Origin: a virus
Strand: one strand, 5' to 3'
Length of the DNA: 20,450 bases
IMG/VR virus record: IMGVR_UViG_3300048818_000054
Span: 1 to 20,450 of that record
Shown piece after piece: positions 15,491 through 20,450 of this stretch (the first letter of the stretch is position 1; every line of letters begins with the position of its first letter). The translations under genes were made by a program, and so were the position numbers. The notes under the pieces are model-generated. The model was not told where the DNA came from. It was given only the letters and a program-made list of their open reading frames with translations, and did no database searches.

Positions 15491-15603
15491 GCTATTGCTC
15501 CTTTCAGGAAAGCGATTTGTGTCCGGTAGAAGTGGGCGCGCTTCGTGCCCTTCCGGATTTTCTTTTCGTATTTGGCGATTAGGCGTTTGGCGATCTCAAT
15601 CAT
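15487..15603 (-). CDS. Basic peptide, 38 aa
   Basis: MIEIAKRLIAKYEKKIRKG...; 4-nt overlaps at both ends. Confidence 0.6.
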   Translation of the reverse strand: MIEIAKRLIAKYEKKIRKGTKRAHFYRTQIAFLKGAIA

Positions 15604-15803
15604 GACTGAACCCAGCAGTCCACGTCAGGGTTTAAGATGTTGCCGAACTTGCATTCGTGGTCGGCCAAGTCCGTGATGAAGCCGTGAACCTGAAAGAACT
15701 CGTAAGAGTTTGAGGCCGGCTCGGCTCGGACCGCCGTGACAAAGCAGGCAACGATCGCGAGGGTCAAAACGAGGAAACCGAAAAGGTTTGGGCGGCGGGT
15801 CAT
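15600..15803 (-). CDS. Small secreted/membrane protein, 67 aa
   Basis: Signal-peptide-like MTRRPNLFGFLVLTLAIVACFVTAVRA; GGAG SD. Confidence 0.65.
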   Translation of the reverse strand: MTRRPNLFGFLVLTLAIVACFVTAVRAEPASNSYEFFQVHGFITDLADHECKFGNILNPDVDCWVQS

Positions 15804-15839
15804 TCCGAAGCTCCGTGCTTGTGGGAAGATCATGCAATA

Positions 15840-15868
15840 TACATAGCACTTGCAGCGGCTCTTGCAAG
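15840..15868 (-). promoter_or_regulatory. Promoter, class A
   Basis: CTTGCAAGAG-N8-AGTGCTATGT with an AT-rich tract upstream. Confidence 0.7.
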
Positions 15869-15946
15869 CGGAAGTATCTGATATACTTAATAAATCCTTA
15901 CTTTTATCTCCCAGCCGTATACCGGGCGCTTATGCGCGTTCGCGTA

Positions 15947-16369
15947 TCACAATCTCTTGCCGTCCCAGCGCAAGTCTTGCAGCCGGTAGGACGTATCGAG
16001 GAAGTCCAGAGCATCGAGTTTCTTGATTTGCTTTTGCAACGAAACGATCTTCTTCATCTGCATCCCGAGCGCTTGGGCACGGGCCTCACTGAGCGTCATA
16101 TGCCAGTCCGGCTTGTGGAACATTTCGGATTGGTTCATGCCGCCGAGGCGGTGAACTACGACGGCTCTCTGCTCTTCGCCCCAAAAGTGGTCAAGCGTGT
16201 AAACGCCGATGCCCGCGCTGAGCGCGTACTTGGTCACGAAAATATCAGTAGCGGCATGTTCGACTTTATGGCGGCTGGCGACTATCTGGCCGAATGCAGG
16301 ATGCGAATATTTCTTGCCGTCTCGCATCGCATCTTCGTTGACGGTAGGCTCTTGAATAGGTCGGCTCAT
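15947..16369 (-). CDS. Phage hypothetical protein, 140 aa
   Basis: GAGGA SD; HPAFGQIVASR, then VTKYALSAGI...DWH.T..EA...KKIVSL.KQI.KL. Confidence 0.75.
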   Translation of the reverse strand: MSRPIQEPTVNEDAMRDGKKYSHPAFGQIVASRHKVEHAATDIFVTKYALSAGIGVYTLDHFWGEEQRAVVVHRLGGMNQSEMFHKPDWHMTLSEARAQALGMQMKKIVSLQKQIKKLDALDFLDTSYRLQDLRWDGKRL

Positions 16370-16383
16370 GTCTGAAAATCCTC

Positions 16384-16527
16384 TCAGGGGTTTTTCCCGT
16401 TCATCCAAATTGAATAGAGCAGTAGCGTGATGATCGGCGCTGGGAACCACACCGATAGCGTCATGAGCGAAAGGCAACCAATGCCTTGAGCCAATGCCAA
16501 CTTATTGCGTTCAGCCCATTCAATCAT
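16384..16527 (-). CDS. Small membrane protein, 47 aa
   Basis: MIEWAERNKLALAQGIGCLSLMTLSVWFPAPIITLLLYSIWMNGKNP; ATGA overlap. Confidence 0.6.
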   Translation of the reverse strand: MIEWAERNKLALAQGIGCLSLMTLSVWFPAPIITLLLYSIWMNGKNP

Positions 16528-16637
16528 TTCTTGATCCTTCCGGCGCTTCCGCGCTCAGCTATGAATGCGACGAACATAGTCGTCACGAAAACAGCGACGG
16601 TCACTAGGCCGGCGACGATGTAGAAAATGTCCTTCAT
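16524..16637 (-). CDS. Small membrane protein, 37 aa
   Basis: MKDIFYIVAGLVTVAVFVTTMFVAFIAERGSAGRIKK; ATGA overlaps. Confidence 0.6.
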   Translation of the reverse strand: MKDIFYIVAGLVTVAVFVTTMFVAFIAERGSAGRIKK

Positions 16638-17287
16638 GCTGCTTTGGCCTTCTTGGGGAACGGCAGTCCAAAATTCCTAGCGCACGTTTCGCCATACCCG
16701 ACTTCAACGGAGCGCTGGTCTTCGCCTTCACCGAGGGCGGCGTTGCAGAAAGAGCAATTGCCGGTAAGTTGCCCGTAGGTTGCAGCGGCCTGTTCGGCGT
16801 TGTCAGAAATCTCTTTGAGCAAATCGGTCACGCTCGGGATGTATTCGCTGATGCCGGGGTCGCTTGAGTTGGACGGTTCGAACTGGCCGGCGCGCGTCAC
16901 GCGTCCGAACCACTTGTTCTCTCCATACTTCTCACCATCGGTGATGTTGATTTGACCGGGGCACTTGGACTGCTTGCCGGCAATCGCCAGCATGATCGGC
17001 TGTCCATATGCGGTCTGTATCCTGATCTTGGGATGCTTCAAGTGCTTTGAAGCGGTGTCGAACAGGGTCATGAGGCCGGATAGCTCGCCCACGTCCACAG
17101 TCGTCTTTTCGACCTTGGGAGCGACGGAGCGATCGGCAAGAACGCCAACCCAATGCCACTGTTTCTCCGAAAGCTTGCCCCACTTGGCGAGGCTGCCCAT
17201 TAGATTGTGGGCGAAAGATGCGTCGCTGTCTTTGAGGGTCGAAACGTTGTTCTTGAGAATGCTGAGTTTGTCGATATTGGCGGTCAT
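16634..17287 (-). CDS. DUF6011 domain protein, 217 aa
   Basis: C-terminal CSFCNAAL....QRSVEVGYGETCA; N-terminal FA..L......GKLSEKQ; AGGAGG SD. Confidence 0.8.
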   Translation of the reverse strand: MTANIDKLSILKNNVSTLKDSDASFAHNLMGSLAKWGKLSEKQWHWVGVLADRSVAPKVEKTTVDVGELSGLMTLFDTASKHLKHPKIRIQTAYGQPIMLAIAGKQSKCPGQINITDGEKYGENKWFGRVTRAGQFEPSNSSDPGISEYIPSVTDLLKEISDNAEQAAATYGQLTGNCSFCNAALGEGEDQRSVEVGYGETCARNFGLPFPKKAKAA

Positions 17288-17320
17288 GTGCCGAAGCCTC
17301 CTGCTTGTGGGCATAATGTG

Positions 17321-17349
17321 AACGTAGCACCTATCTTGTGAATTTCAAG
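17321..17349 (-). promoter_or_regulatory. Promoter, class A
   Basis: TTGAAA-N16-TACGTT with GGTGC immediately before the -10. Confidence 0.65.
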
Positions 17350-17376
17350 AGCAATTCACCCGTAGATCATGCTTAT

Positions 17377-17404
17377 ACGATAGCACCTTCGCGACCTTGT
17401 GCAA
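17377..17404 (-). promoter_or_regulatory. Promoter, class A, -35 inside the palindrome
   Basis: TTGCAC-N16-TATCGT with GGTGC before the -10. Confidence 0.55.
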
Positions 17405-17413
17405 CTAGTTGCA
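17397..17413. repeat. 17-bp site TTGTGCAACTAGTTGCA, copy 3
   Basis: Exact match; palindrome extends to 16 bp. Confidence 0.95.
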
Positions 17414-17423
17414 CTGAAAGTGG

Positions 17424-17951
17424 TTACTTTATGGTCGAATAGCTCTTGGCGGCGGCAGAGAAAGTTTCGGCCGTGGTCAGGTGATTGGTCTGTTCGAAAA
17501 GGGGCGCTATCGCTGCAATCAGCGTGGGGTCTGGCGGACCCTTGATCCAACCTCGGGCGAGAGCGGTCTTCTTCGAAACGACCAGATAGGACGTGTCGAG
17601 CGGCCCAGGATGCCGGCTTATGACGTGGCTCTTGTGAATGAACGGCTTGTCGCCAAGGTTTTTGGCAAAGCGCAGTTCGGTCGCTGTCTCCCGGATGATC
17701 TTGACGTGCAGGATCACGGTTTCGATATTGTCGGCATTCTTCGTGGGGGCCACGTAGAGCTTCTGGCCGGGATAGGGCAGGGGCTTCGCTGGCGGCATAT
17801 AGGCCGGGCAAGGCGTAATCTTCACTACCTGATATCCGAGGGTGACCTTGGTAACGGTGTAGGCCGCTCCGTTTGTCTCTTGGAGTTTGGTCGCCAGCAT
17901 GTTTGCGGTGATGCTGTCGGGATAGATCATTTGGGATAGGGCAGATTGCAT
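17424..17951 (-). CDS. Hypothetical protein, 175 aa
   Basis: GGAG SD; C-terminal part loosely resembles 3046..3258. Confidence 0.7.
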   Translation of the reverse strand: MQSALSQMIYPDSITANMLATKLQETNGAAYTVTKVTLGYQVVKITPCPAYMPPAKPLPYPGQKLYVAPTKNADNIETVILHVKIIRETATELRFAKNLGDKPFIHKSHVISRHPGPLDTSYLVVSKKTALARGWIKGPPDPTLIAAIAPLFEQTNHLTTAETFSAAAKSYSTIK

Positions 17952-18004
17952 AGGGTCGCTCCATGCAGGATTTGGGGGGGTGCTTGCTAATTGTTCAAAT
18001 CATT

Positions 18005-18075
18005 TCCGTATCTTGAACATGACACTGCTCCGACTCTTTTTCAATATACGGATACGGTTTTCCGTACTTTACGGT
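18005..18075 (-). promoter_or_regulatory. Putative promoter TTGAAA-N17-CATGTT flanked by five TACGG half-sites
   Basis: AT-rich intergenic region; TACGG at 18047, 18053, 18070 and CCGTA at 18006, 18062. Confidence 0.55.
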
Positions 18076-18252
18076 AAATTTTGTGCTAACGACGCTCTCT
18101 GTTAATTGGGGAAGTTCCATCACCACTTCTACTGCTGGCTCTTTGGCATGATTTTTTAAGTTCGCAACCCAATCATTGAAGCATGCTTATCCGGTTTTCA
18201 CCCATAGCTACTACTCCTTGCGGGCGGCATCCTCAGTCATTGGCCCAAGCCC

Positions 18253-18591
18253 TCAAAGCTTCCTCAAGCTCGGCGACGAGGTAACGAGGGCTCCCTTGTA
18301 TGAGACGCATCCGGGGTGGTCTATAGGCATTGTGAGGGTATATCGCTTTTTGCCAATTTCAATGCCGCCAGCCTTGCGCTCGTATTCGAGGTTGCGAGCA
18401 TAACCGCACGCTACAAGGTCTTCCCATTCGAAGCCTTCTTTCCCACCGATCGTGGGGACTTGTTCGTCAGCAATGGCGGCGTGCAGCAAAACCACGCGCT
18501 CTTCAAACGGCAACCCGCATTCGCTCGGAGGCGGATCGAAGAATTTGCTCTTGTGGTGATGGGCTCTGCCCTTCATGCGAGCGCCGGTCAC
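18253..18591 (-). CDS. Hypothetical protein, about 110 aa
   Basis: GTGA overlap (alternative ATG at 18576). Confidence 0.6.
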   Translation of the reverse strand: MTGARMKGRAHHHKSKFFDPPPSECGLPFEERVVLLHAAIADEQVPTIGGKEGFEWEDLVACGYARNLEYERKAGGIEIGKKRYTLTMPIDHPGCVSYKGALVTSSPSLRKL

Positions 18592-18698
18592 GGGACGGTC
18601 TCTACCGGTATCGCGAACACCAAAAGGATCGCCAGAAATACGAGCAAGCCAACGAAAGCATATAGCTCGATCTTCTGATAGATCGTCATCTTGGGCAT
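18588..18698 (-). CDS. Small membrane protein, 36 aa
   Basis: MPKMTIYQKIELYAFVGLLVFLAILLVFAIPVETVP; AGGGAG SD directly after the palindrome. Confidence 0.65.
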   Translation of the reverse strand: MPKMTIYQKIELYAFVGLLVFLAILLVFAIPVETVP

Positions 18699-18711
18699 CG
18701 CACGTCTCCCT

Positions 18712-18728
18712 TTGTGCAACTAGTTGCA
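18712..18728. repeat. 17-bp site TTGTGCAACTAGTTGCA, copy 4
   Basis: Exact match; palindrome extends to 16 bp. Confidence 0.95.
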
Positions 18729-18833
18729 CGAAAAGTTTAGAGGCTGAGTCTTCACAATTTCGTCTAAGTAGGCGGCGACTTTCTCTCTCGCCTCCGACTT
18801 CGAGGCGGCAGAAACATCAAACGAATAGCTCAT
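18720..18833 (-). CDS. 37-aa ORF, possibly truncated
   Basis: GAGGT SD; MSYSFDVSAASKSEAREKVAAYLDEIVKTQPLNFSCN; the stop is the TAG at the palindrome centre. Confidence 0.55.
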   Translation of the reverse strand: MSYSFDVSAASKSEAREKVAAYLDEIVKTQPLNFSCN

Positions 18834-18859
18834 GGGGTTACCTCGTATTAGTGAACGTC

Positions 18860-18975
18860 GGCGGGCCGGTTCCAAGCGACTTCTCAGCCGTAGGCCGGTA
18901 CTCCTGTCCTATCATTTCGCCGTGGCCCTCACGTATGAGGCGACGAAACGATCATTGGCTTTGCCCGGAGTCGAT
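18860..18975 (-). ncRNA. Candidate structured RNA, family unknown
   Basis: Nested stems with UACG and GAGA tetraloops; G-U pairs consistent with the minus strand. Confidence 0.5.
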
Positions 18976-18981
18976 TGTCCC

Positions 18982-20289
18982 TTACAGTTCGTTTGCGTTC
19001 GGCGGGGCCGGTTCGCAATTGATCGACCACTTCGGATACGCCTCGGCGGTCATTTGAAGAATGACTTCCATGGCGTTTTCGCCAAGCAGGACTTGCAGGC
19101 TCTCGAAAACCTGTTGCGCCGACAAGCCGCCAATGCTGATGATCTTCTGACCACCGTTGCCGGCCATGAAATCCATGCAGATATATTCGAGCGCCATCGT
19201 GTCGAATTCGGTCTGGCCGACGATCTTGGCCTTGGCGAGCGCGGCTTTGATGCCGATCTTCTGGTTTTCATGGACCTTGAACGTCATAGTGGTGACGGTC
19301 TTGGCTTCCTGCTCTTCGATCGTGAGAGGCGCGGATGCCGCGAGCGACGCCTTGACCAGTTCGATCAAGGACTGTTTGTTGTTCTTGAGCGCCACTTCCA
19401 CCCAATGATCGACGTTTTCAACCGTGATGATCTTGGAAAGCTCTTTCAGCTTCACCCAGCCGACCATGTTGACTTTCGACCACGGCACCTTGGAATTCGC
19501 CAGATCGTTGTAAATCTGGATATAGTACATCGCCTTGCGATATTCCAACTCATGCTCTTGTTCGATGAATTCGCGGAACGATTTGTATTCGTGCGCGCCG
19601 GCCATCGTGTACCAGCCCTTGGTCTGGACATGGGACAGGACGCCACCGAGGCGTAACCAAGCGACTTCGGCCTCATTCGAGAGCGCGGCGACAAGCGCAA
19701 GGCTCTCTTTCTCGCCCATGTTCTCGATCTCGAACACGATATCGGCAATGAGGTTGTCAACCGGGTCCAAGACTTCTCCGTGTTTCAAGTCTGACACGGC
19801 AACGGCGGTGCCTTTGGCTTTCTTGACGGCAGCCTTCGCGGCCTTGACTTCGGCCTTCGTCGGCGTCTTGGGCAAGTCTTTGCCGGCCGCAATCTCAGCC
19901 TCCGTCAATTCGGGCTTCGGCTGTAAGGCAGGCGCGGCAGCGGTCGAAGGCGCGTCGGGAATGTGAGCGATCGGGTCGGCGGCGGCATTCGCCGTCAAGC
20001 CAGCGCCGGACACTTCGGGTCCGTCAGCTTCGTTGCCTTCGTCGGAAGGGGAAAGGTCGAACGTCTTGAGCGCCCAATCGCGCTTTTCGCCAACCTTCAT
20101 TGTGGACCAGCCATCGGGCGGCGTCGCTTCCTGATCCTGCAACATTTTGTCTAGTTGCTTGGACGTGGCTTTCTTCACGTCTTCGGCGCTCTCGATCTCA
20201 TACGAGGGGGCTTCGGCGGGCGCTTCTGGCTGCTTCAATGTGTCAGTGGCGAGCTTGCCGCCATTCAAAAGATCAAGGGATGCGGACAT
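18982..20289 (-). CDS. Hypothetical protein, acidic low-complexity N-half and DUF3102-like helical region, 435 aa
   Basis: AGGAGG SD; LRLGGVL.......Y...YKSFREFI...YRKAMYYIQIY...VGWVKL. Confidence 0.8.
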   Translation of the reverse strand: MSASLDLLNGGKLATDTLKQPEAPAEAPSYEIESAEDVKKATSKQLDKMLQDQEATPPDGWSTMKVGEKRDWALKTFDLSPSDEGNEADGPEVSGAGLTANAAADPIAHIPDAPSTAAAPALQPKPELTEAEIAAGKDLPKTPTKAEVKAAKAAVKKAKGTAVAVSDLKHGEVLDPVDNLIADIVFEIENMGEKESLALVAALSNEAEVAWLRLGGVLSHVQTKGWYTMAGAHEYKSFREFIEQEHELEYRKAMYYIQIYNDLANSKVPWSKVNMVGWVKLKELSKIITVENVDHWVEVALKNNKQSLIELVKASLAASAPLTIEEQEAKTVTTMTFKVHENQKIGIKAALAKAKIVGQTEFDTMALEYICMDFMAGNGGQKIISIGGLSAQQVFESLQVLLGENAMEVILQMTAEAYPKWSINCEPAPPNANEL

Positions 20290-20321
20290 GATATAGCGAC
20301 CTCCTGTCGCGGTTTCTGTGA

Positions 20322-20354
20322 CGTGACGATAGACGATTTTGTTCGGAAGTCAAT
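20322..20354 (-). promoter_or_regulatory. Promoter, class B
   Basis: TTGACT-N16-TATCGT; twin of 14124-14156. Confidence 0.75.
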
Positions 20355-20450
20355 TCGATCTTTTTACCATTGAGCCAGCGATGGCCCTCATTTCCTTGGT
20401 CACTCCCATCAATTGGTTCGCGTGAGAGAGGCCCATTGCGGCGAGAGTAT
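20350..20450 (-). CDS. 3' end of a gene entering from outside the window
   Basis: Open frame ...TLAAMGLSHANQLMGVTKEMRAIAGSMVKRSN*. Confidence 0.5.
   Translation of the reverse strand, partial: TLAAMGLSHANQLMGVTKEMRAIAGSMVKRSN

Noticed and set aside
17995-18240. Stop-codon reassignment
   Set aside because: TAG, TAA and TGA all end genes that abut or overlap the next gene elsewhere in the window.
18877-18922. Hammerhead ribozyme (GAAA...GUA...CUGAGAA)
   Set aside because: The core is not CUGANGA and stem III cannot form.
18890-18968. c-di-GMP-I riboswitch (GCAAAGCC and CCGGCCUA words)
   Set aside because: The words are about 60 nt apart instead of adjacent, and the preceding GAAA-capped stem is missing.
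20350-20450. RuvC-like resolvase C-terminus (TLAAMG)
   Set aside because: Only about 32 residues are visible, too little to call.

Overview
Segment of a tailed-phage (or prophage) genome. Every credible gene is on the minus strand, densely packed, with many ATGA/TGATG overlaps. The CTTG..-N16-(GC)TAT promoter style suggests an alphaproteobacterial host (inference). Positions 1-3013 are a virion/tail-fibre module of Thr/Ala/Gly-rich proteins built from shared repeat units. Positions 3046-20450 are an accessory region of about 50 mostly small ORFs, many below the cut-off of the supplied ORF track. Recognisable products: DUF4031, two tandem RMF-like proteins, an HTH plus RNAP alpha-CTD-like protein, stand-alone WYL and BRCT proteins, DUF6011, a DUF3102-like protein and several tiny membrane proteins. 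Most notable: (i) a translationally coupled operon resembling a MotA/TolQ/ExbB plus MotB/ExbD ion-channel pair with a YfaP-like domain; (ii) four identical 17-bp sites TTGTGCAACTAGTTGCA at module boundaries; (iii) conserved promoters followed by leader hairpins with A(N)GGA/SD in the loop; (iv) a candidate structured RNA at about 18860-18975; (v) an RBS-occluding hairpin before the structural module. All family calls are by-eye motif recognition; no searches were run.
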